Source: Malacoraja senta (Eukaryota). Taken from it: a stretch of DNA of 53,468 bases. The stretch lies in contig JAXLNO010004858.1 in the NCBI GenBank assembly GCA_038087875.1, positions 1 through 53,468 on the forward strand, given 5' to 3'. The notes below the pieces were generated by a model. It made no database searches. It saw only the letters and a list, made by a program, of their open reading frames with translations, and was not told the DNA's origin. The translations under genes were made by a program, and so were the position numbers. This document shows positions 13,323 to 24,939 of the stretch, piece by piece. Within the stretch, counting starts at the first letter, position 1. Each line of letters starts with the position of its first letter.

Positions 13323-13635
13323 TGCATAAGTAGACATTCTTTTTTCCTCAATATCTGTTGTACTAATATCTTGTTTTATCCATACTTGTGCATGTCAATA
13401 AACTCAATTTGAATCCAACCATGAGCCCCACTCTCCCCTCCACTCCTTCCCCAGTCCCTCTCTCCTTCTCTCCCCTACCCCTCACCTCTTCCTCCCCTCC
13501 ACTCCTTCCCCATTCCCTCTCCTTCTCTCCCCTACCCCTCCCTTCCCCTACCCCTCCCCTCCCCTCCCCCTCCCCCTACCCCTACCCCTCACCTCCCCCT
13601 ACCCCTCACCTCCCCCTACCCCTCACCTCCCTCTC

Positions 13636-13730
13636 TCCCTCACCTCCCTCACCTCCCTCACCTCCCTCACCTCCCTCACCTCCCTCACCTCCCTCACCTC
13701 CCTCACCTCCCTCACCTCCCTCACCTCCCT
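13636..13730. repeat. Perfect 9-bp tandem array (TCCCTCACC)x10 inside a CT-rich tract
   Basis: Counted directly; translates as (GGE)x10 on the minus strand. Confidence 0.95.
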
Positions 13731-13791
13731 CTGCTCCCCTCGCCACTCGTCTCTCCCCCTCTGTCTCCACCAGGGCCTTTCTTGTTTTCAC

Positions 13792-13872
13792 CTCGAGTTC
13801 CTCCACACGACGAGCCAGGCGGCCGATCTTGGTGCCGATGTCGTTCTTCTGCAGTCTCCCCGACGACGACAT
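13792..13872 (-). CDS. ZW10: ZW10 kinetochore protein-like first coding exon (27 aa, MSSSGRLQKNDIGTKIGRLARRVEELE)
   Basis: 16/24 identities to recalled human ZW10 [24 protein letters not shown]; phase-0 donor GAG|GTGAAA at the position where I recall human exon 1 ending. Confidence 0.75.
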
Positions 13873-14030
13873 CTTCCCGCTTCCACTGTAGATGGCCGCT
13901 GTGCCGCAAAGCGCGCCGGGAAATGTAGTCGATCCCGCCCAAAGTTACTAGAGGAGCAAGATGGACCAATCGTCTGACGTAGTGACGTTGTCACGTCACG
14001 GCCGCCATTTGCTGATGCCAAACGCGACTT
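13873..14030 (-). promoter_or_regulatory. CpG-rich putative promoter and 5' UTR of the ZW10-like exon
   Basis: High CpG density; TGACGT at 13975 and 13983, CCAAT at 13966, CCGCCATTT (YY1-like) at 14002. Confidence 0.5.
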
Positions 14031-14051
14031 GTGGTAATGTTGACCTCCCTC

Positions 14052-14391
14052 GCTAGATGCAGGAAACACATTCGAGATGTTGGGTGAGTCCAGAACCAGG
14101 GGCCACAGTGTAAGAATAAGGAGTAAGCCATTTAGAACGGAGACAAGGAAACACTTTTTCACAGAGTGTTGTGAGTCTGTGGACTTCTCTGCCTCAGAGG
14201 GCGGTCGAGGCTGGTTCTCTGGACACTTTCAAGAGAGAGCTAGACAGGGCTCTTAAAGATAGCGGAGTCAGGGGATATGGGGAGAAGGCAGGAACAGGGT
14301 ACTGATTGGGGATGATCAGCCATGATCACATTGAATGGCGGTGCTGGATCGAAGGGCCATATGGCCTACTCCTGCACCTATTGTCTATTGT
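14052..14391 (+). mobile_element. CR1-clade LINE (family C) 3' fragment
   Basis: GCTAGATGCAGGAAAC...CTCCTGCACC; (TATTGTC)n tail. Confidence 0.85.
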
Positions 14392-14764
14392 GTATTTGGG
14401 TGTGGTCCACACACATTTAAAGAGCTGGTTCTTGCCACAGATTTGCCCATTCACTTCATTTATCCTTATCTCAGCAAGGATACCATCCAGATGCTCTGTT
14501 GACACTTCTGCTTGCCTTGTGTGAGCGGCAAACTTGGTCGTGTGGCTTTCTATCCGACATCTCAACTATCAATAAATATAGTGAATAGCTTCAGCCCTGA
14601 ACACGTTGCCACAGGCAAAGCTCATCACTGGCCCTTCCTTCTGTAACTTTCCACTTTCTGAATGAGTTTATCAAATGCATTCACAAAGATGATCAAAACT
14701 CCTTTCCCTGTTCATTATCTTTGAATATTTCAAAGACCAGAAAGGTTCATCACGAATGTGTGGG

Positions 14765-14877
14765 AAGGAACTGCAGATGCTGGTTTACACCAAAGATAGA
14801 CACAAAACTCTGTAGGACATGCAGCATCTCTGGATAGAAGGAATGGGTGACATTTCGGGTCGAGAACCTCCTTCAGA
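14765..14877 (-). mobile_element. Short hammerhead-core element, degenerate
   Basis: ggaactgcagatgctgg...gacatttcgggtcgagaacctccttcag. Confidence 0.6.
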
Positions 14878-15179
14878 ATTTTCTATTCTTTGGACGGAGG
14901 AGACTAATACATGTATATTTACATAATCTGTAGAAAGACAATGTGCTAACTTAGATCCAGGTCACCTGTTCCCCACCAACTTGGCAACACCTCCCAAAAC
15001 GCACCAACAGGGAACACCAACACCAACACTACATGTATATTCTTTATTGAACATTGATAGGTTACATTGACACAAACACACATGTAGCCTCTTGTGGGGT
15101 CTCTGCAGGTTTCATGCAGGATCAGACCTGACACAAAGATGTTATCATAATAACTGCAAGTTCTCTGAAACTTTGGTAA

Positions 15180-15670
15180 TTGATATTTCAAGAGTCAAGA
15201 GAGTTTTATTGTCATGTGTCCCAGATAGGACAATGAAATTCTTGCTTGCTGCAGCACAACAGAATATGTAAACATAATACAGAACAGGAGATAAAAGTTC
15301 AGTGTGTCTATAGACCATATATATATACATATATATACACAATAAATAAACAGATAAAGTGCAATAGGCTGTTATTGTTCAGAGTTTGTTTGATGGCTGT
15401 GGGGAAGTAGCTGTTCCTGAACCTCGATGTTCCAGATTTCAAGCTCCTGTATCTTCTTCCTGATGGCAACGGAGAGATGAGTGAGTGGCCAGGATGGTGT
15501 GGATCTTTGATGATGTTGGCAGCCTTTTTGAGGCAGCGACTGCGATAGATCCCTTCGATGGTAGGGAGGTCAGAGTTGATGATGGACTGGGCAGTGGTCA
15601 CAACATTCTGCATTCTTTTCCGCTCCTGGACGTTCAAGTTGCCGAACCAAGCCATGATGCAACCAGTTAT
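15180..15670 (-). mobile_element. Rex1-like LINE 3' fragment
   Basis: TIEGIYRSRCLKKAANIIKDPHHPGHSLISPLPSGRRYRS. Confidence 0.75.
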
Positions 15671-15944
15671 GTTTAACCAAAAAATGATGTTTGATATGAA
15701 TTTGGTCTGGAATCCATTTTCATTCTCAGTTGACGTTCTCTCCCTGGCTGAGTAATGTGAACTCTGGAACACCAGTCTGCACAAGACACTGCATAGCAGT
15801 GACTTTCTGGAGAGACATTCCCTTTCCTCAAGAGTAGCAACTGCTCAACTAACCACAGCCTGGTCTTGTTACTATCGGCACAATATCACAAGAGGAGATA
15901 ACCACATTTGACAGAGTGCAGGAGATGGTTAGACACACGTATGT

Positions 15945-16600
15945 ACAACCAGGCTCCTTTACCCAGAGCATGGGTTTAAAGTGAGGGGGGACAGATTTAA
16001 TGGGAATCTGAGGGGCAACCTTTTCACACAGAGGGCACTGGGTACATGGAATGTGCTGCAGGAGGAGGTAGTTGACGCAGAAACTATGACAATGTTTTAA
16101 AGTTATTTGGACAGGTACATGGATAGGACGAATAGTGAAAGGCCTGGACTGAGCGGATGTAAAGAGGATGATTCCACTGGTGGGAGAGTCGAGGACCATA
16201 GCCTCAGAATTAAAGGAGGTTCCTCTAGGAAGATGAGGAGGAATTTGTTTTGTCACAGGGTAGTGAATCTGAGGAAGTCATTGCCACAGAAGGCTGTGGA
16301 GGCCCACTCAATGGGTATTTTTAAAGCAGAGATAGATTGATTCTTGATTAGTATTGGTGTCAAGGGGAGAAGGCAAGAGAATGGGGTTAGGAAGGCGAAG
16401 TAGATCAGCCATGATTGAATGGCAGAGTAGACTTGATGGGCTGAATGGCCTAATTCTGCTCCTATCACATGAACATGAGATGATCAGTGATTTAGGCCAA
16501 ACACGGGGAGACGGGACTAGTGTAGATCGGGCACTTGGTTGGCAAAGGCAAGCTGAGCCGAAGGGCCTGTTACCGTCCTGTATAAATCTATGACTCCATG
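15945..16600 (+). mobile_element. Cluster of old CR1 3' fragments
   Basis: Repeated FF.QRV.N.W..LP-type coding remnants and 3' UTR motifs. Confidence 0.65.
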
Positions 16601-16904
16601 ATCACTCCAATGCCAACACGCTTGTACCCAGCTCCATCCACTCAATGGACTTTCTGATGGACCTCTTTTCCAGTGTCGACAAACAATTGTACAAGTACAA
16701 ATACTCAACTCCACTCTTCAAATTAGCAGCAAGCCAACTAGACTGAGATGCCACACACAGAGGGCTGACAACAATGAGTGGACTGACCCTGTGACACTAA
16801 TTTTGAAGAACAGCAGGCTTGGTCTTCTCAGTGTCCTGGCTACTGAGCAGTTTTGGAATAAACTGAAGATGTAAAAGTACAGAGATATTTAGCATTGTGC
16901 CCTA

Positions 16905-17400
16905 GTTCTGGTTGCATCGTGGCCTGGTTCGGCAACTTGAACGTCCAGGAGCGAAAAAGACTACAAAGTTGTGACTACTGCCCAGTTCATCGCCGGCTTT
17001 GACTGTCGAAGGGATCTATCGTAGTCGCTGCCTCAAAAAGGCAGCCAAAATCATCAAAGACCCACACCATCCTGGCCACACACTCATCTCACCATTGCCA
17101 TCAGGAAGCAGTTACAGGAGCCTGAAAACTGTAACGTCCAGGTACAGGAACATCTACTTCCCTGCAGCCATCAGGCTATTAAACACAACGAATAAGCTCT
17201 GAGCTCTGAACTGCAAAAGATTATATTATTATTTGTTATTTGCACTATTTGTTATTTATTGATCTTTTTCTATTTTTCTCTTCCCCCCGTTATGTACTAT
17301 GTTTACATATTCACATATTCTGTTGTGCTGCAGCAAGCATGAAATGCATTGTCCTGTCTGGGGCATATGACAATAAAACACTCTTCACTCTTCTTGACCC
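16905..17400 (+). mobile_element. Rex1-like LINE 3' fragment
   Basis: TVEGIYRSRCLKKAAKIIKDPHHPGH; same family as 15180-15670. Confidence 0.75.
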
Positions 17401-17532
17401 TAGTCTAGGCCTCTTGGTTATCACTCACTCACTCACACACTGCAACACCTGTCCTTCAGTGCTAAACTTGCCTGGCCCTATTTTGTGACGGGGTAAAAGA
17501 TGTGTTCATTAAAGTGAATCCCAGCACCGTAC

Positions 17533-17850
17533 CTTGAAAGCTTTTCACTTCCCGACTGATACTGGTGTTCGAGGTGGGATGAGACACTGTACAGCCGAAG
17601 ACTGAGCCTTTCTTCCAATCCTCTGAACTCACAGTCAGGAAGTGGCAAGCACTGAAAGTCCCCCCCTGCTCCAGAGCAGTCGGTGTAGCGTTGGTGGTGG
17701 AGGAGATCGGGGCTCCGTCTTTCTCCCAAGTGACGTTTATGAGGTCCGGGTAGAAACCAGAGAGCACACATTCGAGGGTGGCTGTGTGGCTACGCGTGGT
17801 CTCTTGATGAGCTGGAGGCAGCAGGCTGACCTTGAGTCTTTTTGTTTCAA
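17533..17850 (-). CDS. IgW: IgW-type heavy-chain constant exon (C1-set; resembles the IgNAR C3 / long-form IgW CH4-type domain)
   Basis: 318 nt, open; TTCCAG acceptor, G|GTACG donor, phase 1-1; ATLECVLSGFYPDLINVTWEKDG...PTALEQGGTFS...WKKGSVFGCTVSH with both Cys and the Trp conserved. Confidence 0.85.
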
Positions 17851-17891
17851 CTGGAACAGAGGAGCAAAGTAGATGTGAGACCCTCTTCCTC

Positions 17892-18630
17892 AAGGGCCTG
17901 TCCCACTTACGCAACTTTTTCAGCGACTGCCAGCACCCGTCATTGGTCGTTACAGGTGGCTGAAAATGTTCAACATGTTGAAAATCCAGAACAAGGTACG
18001 ACTCTTTTGGCAACTACTCACGACCATACAGGCTTCACCACGCGACATGTCGCCAGTATGGTCATGAGTAGTCTCCTCAGTCTCCCAAAGAGTCGTAGAG
18101 TCTTCTGGTCACCGTTGGATTTTCAACATGTTGAAAATTTTACCCAACTATGACGGGTGCCGGTAGTTGCAGAAAAAAATTTCGGAGCTCCCGCAACGGC
18201 AACTTCTCCCGCCCGAGTTGCGGGGTTGAAAATGACCTGGAGCGGGGCCTTACATCACACAGCGCGGCTTTAAATGGCCGCGGGACTTGCTAGCGCCCGC
18301 CAAGGGCTCCAACATCAAGACCCGGAGCGCGGCCTTGCATCGCTCCGGCGCGGCTTTAATAGCCGCGGGACTTACCATCGCCCGCTGGGGGCTTTGACTT
18401 TGACATCGGGAGGAGAATGAGGAGAGCAGGGGAGAGACAAGACTTTGCCTTCCATCACAGTGAGGAGGAGATTCACTGTGATGGATGTTTGTGTGTAAAT
18501 TGTGTTGTGTCTTGGTTCTTTGTACTTGTTTGCATGACTGCAGAAACCAAATTTCGTTTGAACTTAGGTTCAAATGACAACAAATAAATTGTATCATTGT
18601 ATTAAAATTGCGGAATTGGGACAGGCTCTT
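17892..18630. mobile_element. Harbinger-like MITE with a nested short retroposon (about 18190-18600)
   Basis: Inverted termini AAGGGCCTGTCCCACTT / AATTGGGACAGGCTCTT (15/17); internal TTCAACATGTTGAA palindromes. Confidence 0.6.
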
Positions 18631-18701
18631 TATGGAAAGCCAGGGTAGAAATCCAAACAGGTGTCTTATAAAAGAACTTTAAGATGTTTATGTCATCACA
18701 T

Positions 18702-18796
18702 AAAAGACTGATCAATGGCAGATCAAACTATACACTGGCTAGATTTATTGCAAAAGACTGACCAATGGCAGATCAAACTATACACTGGCTAGATTA
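18702..18796. repeat. 50-bp tandem duplication
   Basis: AAAAGACTGA(T/C)CAATGGCAGATCAAACTATACACTGGCTAGATT occurs twice. Confidence 0.95.
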
Positions 18797-19502
18797 TTGA
18801 AAACAGAATAGCAGAAAAACTTGTGTTAAATAGCAGGTTGGGTGCTTTGACTGAAAAAAACCCAGAACAAAGGAGCCGTCAACTGGGATTTGACTCTCTT
18901 TCCCATCACCATGATCAGCTGGTACATTACAGGGGCACAATTTGATATGTGCTTTGCTTGGAACCCCTGCAGCATCGATTAGTAATACTGAGCAACATGA
19001 ATGAGAAACGCTACTTTTCTCCTTGTAGGATTGCCTGGGATTCCCTCGGTTTAAGAATGTCACATGCTGATATCGCAGTCTTACTCTGACCATGTGTCTC
19101 ACCATCTCTGAAACCTTTACCACAAACACAAGCTTCTGTAAAGGTGTCATTCTTCCAACTCTGGGCACATAAGCCTGCACTCCTTTCACCTTTGTACCAC
19201 TTGCTGTGTCACGTTGCAGTGTTGCTCACAAGCACCAAAGCAGACTCAGCAGATTCATCCCCCGCATCGACATGAGCTCAAAATTCCAACCCATGATCTG
19301 GGAATTTCAATTTTATTAATAAATGCATTCTGACGTAAAATGCTTCCGTTGGTGGTGACGCATGTCGATAGTTCACTGCTGCACTTCATGGAAGGGAATG
19401 TGTCATCATATCTGTTCTAGCCAGTACGCAACTACATACCTGTAGCAAAATGGCTACAGACTAGTGTCAGTTTGGTGTGACTGTGCTCCAGTGAAGACTT
19501 TG

Positions 19503-19928
19503 AGGCGTTTCAGTAATTGATAGAAACTATCTGAAATAAATTAGTGGCTGACTCTCCAGCGACAGCAGAGCAAATCATAAATGGTTAGAAGTATCAAGGT
19601 CCCCCTCCTGCTGCAGATTGGGATGAAATTCTGCATTAGATGTATTTTCCCGTTTCACTTCAGAATCATTGGGGGAGGAAGAGAATGATTCATTCATTCA
19701 TTGCCGCTGACTGACCTGCACTGCCACTTGTCCTCTGAAGCAGCATCATGAGTCTAGTTCCACTCAGCTCACTCTCGTGTGTGCACTGTTTACACACTCA
19801 GTCACTTGGGCCACATGAGCTGATTTTGCTTTCAAACACTTATTGTGGAGGGTGATAACGTTTGTGTCAGAATTGAAACTATCAGAGCCCGGAGATCAAA
19901 GTCTTCAACTGCGTAGGAAGCAGTCATA
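19503..19928. repeat. Inverted duplication, copy 1 (partner 53041-53468)
   Basis: Near-identical reverse complement over about 426 bp. Confidence 0.95.
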
Positions 19929-20035
19929 ATATTCTCACCTCCACTATATTACAATTATCTTTGGTGCTGGATTTGATGGGAGAGGAGAGAGAGAAGCAGG
20001 GAGGAGAAGGGAGGAGAGGGGAGCCCCTTTACATT

Positions 20036-20612
20036 GGAGACCTGGGATGGAGAGTGTGGTGGCGTGTAATGAACTTTTGAGTCGGATCACGGACTCGTCG
20101 GCCGCCTGTATTTTCTGTGGTGATGAGGAAACCGTGTTCCACGCGTATATGGAGTGTGAGAGGTTACTGCCCCTGTACCAATATCTGAAGGGGTTGTTCC
20201 TCAAGTTCTGGTTGCATTTTAGTCCCATGATTCTCGTGTTTGGACACAAGGCAGGGAGTGAGGAGAGCCGATCGGGGGGTGGGACCTCCCTGTCGGTTTG
20301 CTCCTGGGCCTGGCCAAGATGGCCATTCGTGGGTCCAGGCAGTGGGCGGTCGATGGTCATGCTAGAGTCGGCTGTCTGCCCCTCTTCCGGGCCTACATAC
20401 GTGCTCGCGGGTCCCTGGAGAGGGAACACGTGGTGTCCTTGGGGACTCTGGATGCCTTCCGTGGGCGCTGGTCACCACATGGGGTTGAGAGTATCGTAAA
20501 TAATGAATGCATCATTGTACTATAATGATTATTTGATACATTGTAACTTCTGATTGTGTTTTTGATGTATCCTGTGTTTGTGCTTAATAAAGTTTTTGAA
20601 AAGGAAAGAAAA
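20036..20612 (+). mobile_element. Tx1/L1-clade LINE 3' fragment (second family)
   Basis: CIFCGDEETVFHAYMEC zinc-knuckle region, LLGLAKMAI; AATAAA and A-rich tail. Confidence 0.8.
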
Positions 20613-21837
20613 AGAGGAGAGAAGAGGAGGAATGGAGGGGAGGGAAGAGGGGAGTGAAGGGGAGGGAGAGGAGATGGGAAGGGTGAAGAGAGGGGAGAGG
20701 AGGGGAGAGCAGAGGAGACAATCTCTCACCTAGTCCATATTGCAATTATTTTTGGTGCTGGTTTTGAGGGGAGAGAGAGGGGATGAGAGATAAGGGGAGA
20801 AGGGGTGCAGAGGAGCGGGTAGGAGGAGAGAGGAGAGGGGAGGGGAGAGAAGCAGAGGGGAGGGGAGGGGAGGGGCAAGAGGAGAGGTGAGGAGAGGGGA
20901 GAGGGGGAGAAAGGAGAGGAGAGAGGGAGGTAGCAGAGAGCAGGGGAGGAGAGGGGAAGAAAAGAGGAGATGTGGGGACGAGGGGAGAGGGGAGGGCAGG
21001 AGAGGAGAGAGAGGGAAGAGGAGAGTAGAGAACAATCTCTCACCGCCACTATATTATCTTTGGTGCTGGATTTGAAGGGAGGGGGAGAGAGAAGCAGAGA
21101 GGGGAGAAGGGGTGAGGGGAGGAGTGAAGAGGGCAGAGGAGGGGAGGGGAGAGAGAAGAGGAAAGTAAAGGAGAGGAGAAATAAGGATGGGGAGGGGAGG
21201 AGAGTTGAGAGGAGGGGGTGAAAAGTAGGGGAGGGGATAGAAGAGTGGAAAGTATAGGAGTGGAGGGGGGTGGGGTGAGAGGAGAGAAGGGAGGTGAGGG
21301 AGGCAGAGTAGGGGAGAGGAGAGAGGAGGAGAAGGGGGGAGAGGGGAGAAGAGAAAGGAGGAGAGTAGAAGGTAGGAGGGAGAGGAGAGAAGAGGGAGGA
21401 GAGAAGATGGGGGGGAGAGAGGGGGAGGAGAGGGTAGAAGAGAGGACAGGGTAGAGGAGAGGGTAGAGGAGAGGAGAGAATGGCAGGAGAGGGGGAGAGA
21501 GGCGACAGGGAGAGGGAGTGTAGGGGTAGAGGAGAGGAGAGTAGGGGAGAATGTAGGCGAGGAGGGGAGAATGGAGGGGAGGAGGGTAGTGGAGGTGAGA
21601 GGAGAGTGAAGAGGGGAGATGTGAGGAGTGGAGGGGAGAAGAGAGGTGGTGTGGTGAGGAGAGGAGGGGAGGATGGAAGGAGAGAGGAGGGGAGATGGGA
21701 GGGAAGAGGAGAGTGGATGAGGGGAGTTTAGAAGAGACGAGAGGGGAGGGGAGGAGAGGATGTGTGGAGAGGTGAAGGGAGGATGGGAAAGAGGAGAGGT
21801 ATGTAAAGGAGAGGAGAAGTAAGGATGGGATGGGGAG
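20613..21837. repeat. About 1.2 kb homopurine (GA-rich) low-complexity tract
   Basis: Almost all A/G on +, punctuated by a repeated ~50-nt motif. Confidence 0.9.
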
Positions 21838-23505
21838 GAGAGGCCGATAAATCCCCAGGGCCAGATAGGCTGCATCCCAGAGTACTTAAGGAAGTAGCCC
21901 CAGAAATAGTGGTTGCATTAGTGATAATTTTTCAAAACTCTTTAGATTCTGGAGTAGTTCCTGAGGATTGGAGGGTAGCAAACGTAACCCCACTTTTTAA
22001 GAAGGGAGGGAGAGAGAAAACGGGGAATTACAGACCAGTTAGTGGGGAAACTGCTAGAGTCAGTTATTAAAGATGGGATAGCAGCACATTTGAAAAGTGG
22101 TGAAATCATTGGACAAAGTCAGCATGGATTTATGAAAGGTAAATCATGTCTGACGAATCTTATAGAATTTTTCGAGGATGCAACTAGTAGAGTGGATCAG
22201 GGAGAACCAGTGGATGTGTTATATCTGGACTTTCAGAAGGCTTTCGACAAGGTTCCACATAAGAGATTAGTATGCTAACTTAAAGCACACGGTATTGGGT
22301 GTTCAGTATTGATGTGGATAGAGAACTGGCTGGCAGACAGGAAGCAAAGAGTAGGAGGAAACGGGTCCTTTTCAGAATGGCAGGCAGTGACTAGTGAGGT
22401 ACACAAAAATGCTGGAGAAACTCAGCGGGTGCAGCAGCATCTATGGAGCGATGGAAATAGGTAACGTTTCGTGCCGAAACCCTTCTTCAGTGACTAGTGA
22501 GGTGCTGTGTGCTGCGACCCCAGCTATTTACAATATATATTAATGATCTGGATGAGGGAATTGAATGCAACATCTCCAAGTTTGCGGATGTAACGAAGCT
22601 GGGGGGCAGTGTTAGCTGTGAGGAGGATGCTTGGAGGCTGAAAGGTGACTTGGATAGGTTGGGTGAGTGGGCAAATGCATGGCAGATGCAGTATAATGTG
22701 GATAAATGTGAGGTTATCCACTTTGGTGGCCAAAACAGGAAAGTAGACTATTATCTGAATGGTGGCCGATTAGGAAAAGGGGAGATGCAACGAGACCTGG
22801 GTGTCATGGTACACCCGTCATTGAAAGTAGGCATGCAGGTGCAGCAGGCAGTGAAGAAAGCAAATGGTATGTTAGCATTCATAGCAAAATAATTTGAGTA
22901 TAAGAGCAGGGAAGTTCTACTGCAGTTGTACAGGGTCTTGGTGAGACCACACCTGAAGTATTGCGTACAGTTTTCGTTGCCTAATCTGAGGAAAGACATT
23001 CTTGCCAAAGAGGGAGTACAGAGAAGGTTCACCAGACTGATTCCTGGGATGGCAGGACTTTCATATGAAGAAAGACTGGATAGACTCGGTTTGTACTCGC
23101 TAGAATTTAGAAGATTGAGGGGGGATCTTATAGAAACTTACAAAATTCTTAAGGGGTTGGACAGGCTAGATGCAGGAAGATTGTTCCCGATGTTGGGGAA
23201 GTCCAGAACAACGGGTCACAGTTTAAGGATAAGGGGGAAGTCTTTTATGACCGAGATGAGAAAACATTTTTCACACAGAGTGGTGAATCTGTGGAATTCT
23301 CTGCCACAGATGGTAGTTGAGGCCAGTTCATAGGCTATATTTAAGAGGGAGTTAGATGTGGCCCTTGTGGCTAAAGGGATCAGGGGGTATGGAGAGAAGG
23401 CAGGTACAGGATACTGAGTTGGATACTGAGCCATGATAATATTGAATGGCGGTGCAGGCTCGAAGGGCCGAATGGCCTACTCCTGCACCTATTTTCTATG
23501 TTTCT
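21838..23505 (+). mobile_element. CR1-clade LINE (family A), 5'-truncated, interrupted by a hammerhead-core element
   Basis: KSPGPDRLHP, DFQKAFDKVPH, SKFADVTKLGG; TTTCTATG tail. Confidence 0.92.
22401..22490 (-). mobile_element. Short hammerhead-core element with a 16-bp target site duplication
   Basis: CAGTGACTAGTGAGGT at 22385-22400 and 22488-22503. Confidence 0.8.
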
Positions 23506-23850
23506 CTGTAACTTAGTTGCTGAAACCCAGGCAACATTCTAGTAAATCTCCTCTATACTCTCTCTATTTTGTTGACATCTTTCCTATAATTTGGCGAACA
23601 AAATTGTACACCATACGCCAGAATTGGCCTCACGAATGCCTTGTACAATTTTAACATTACATCCCAACTTCTATACTCAATGCTCTGATTTATAAAGGTC
23701 AGCACACCAAAAGCTTTCTTTACCACCCTATCTATATGAGATTCCACCTTCAGGGAACTATGCACAGTTATTCCTAGATCCCTATGTTCAACTACATTCC
23801 TCAATACGCTACCTTTTACCATGTAATTCGCTACCATTTACCATGTAATT
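23506..23850 (-). mobile_element. CR1-clade LINE (family B) internal fragment
   Basis: RDLGITVHSSLKVESH...YGVQFCSPNY. Confidence 0.85.
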
Positions 23851-23914
23851 CGCTTCCATTTACCATGTGTATATATATACACACATATATATATATCCAC
23901 ACATATATATCCAC

Positions 23915-24900
23915 TTCACAGTTCACACTGCCACCCAGTTTTGTGTCATCCGCAAACTCGCTAGTGTTGCTCCTAATTCCCTGTTCCAAATCATATATAT
24001 ATGGTAAACAGTTGCAGCCCCAACACCGAGCCTTGCGGCACTCCACTCGCCACTGCCTGCTAATCTGAAAAGGACCCGGTCACTCCTACTCTTTGCGTCC
24101 GGTCTGCCAACTAATTTTCTATCCATGTCAACACCCTACCCCCAACACCATGTGCTCTAATTTGAGTCACCAGTCTCTCGTGCGGGACCTTATTAAAGGC
24201 TTTCTGAAAGTCTAGATACACTACATCCACTGGCACCCCTTCATCCATTTTACTTGTCACATCCTCAAAAAACTCCAGAAGATTAGTCAAGCATGATTTC
24301 CCTTTCATAAATCCTTGTTGACTTGGACTAATCCTTTTACTGCTATCCAAATGTCACCACCGAAGTCAGGCTAATTGGTCTGTAATTCCCCGTTTTCTCT
24401 CTCACTCCTTTCTTGAAAAGTGGGATAACATTAGCTATCCTCCAATCCACAGCAACTGATCCTGAATCTATTAAACATTGGAAAATGATCACCAATGCAT
24501 CCACTATTTCTAGAGCCACCTCCCTGAGGATCCTGGGATGCAGACCATCAGGCCCAGGGGATTTATCATCCTTCAGTCCCATTAGCCTACCCAATACTAT
24601 TTCTCGCCTAATGAAAATTTCTTTCAGTTCCTCTACCCCCTTAGATTCTCTGTCCTTCAGTACATCTGGGAGATTGTTTGTCTCTTCCTTAGTGAAGACA
24701 GATCCGAAGTACCTATTCAACTCTTCTGCCATTTCCTTGTTGCCCATAATAATTTCACCTGTGTCTGCCTTCAAGGGACCCACATTTGACTTTGCACCTC
24801 TTTTTCCCTTAACATATTTAAAGAAGCTTTTACTGTCCTTTACATTCCTGGCCAGCTGCCCTTCGTACTTCATCTTTTCAGCCCGTATTGCCCGTTTTGT
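23915..24900 (-). mobile_element. CR1-clade LINE (family A) internal fragment
   Basis: KSPGPDGLHPRILREVA, DFQKAFNKVPH, EFADDTKLGG. Confidence 0.9.
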
Positions 24901-24939
24901 TTCCTTCTGTTGTCCTATGAAAGTTTCCCAATCCTCTGG

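Noticed and set aside
14326-14565. 79-aa minus ORF as a host exon
   Set aside because: No recognisable homology or donor site, and it runs into a CR1 3' end.
18794-19189. Cys-containing minus ORF as an IgW secretory tail or TM exon
   Set aside because: No resemblance to recalled IgW tails or the conserved TM motif, and no convincing splice sites.
20613-21837. Switch-region analogue upstream of the minus-strand C exon
   Set aside because: The non-template strand would be C-rich, the opposite of mammalian S regions, and AGCT motifs are scarce.
20613-21875. Long Pro/Ser-rich and Gly/Glu/Arg-rich ORFs (for example 21054-21875)
   Set aside because: These are artefacts of the low-complexity GA/CT tract.
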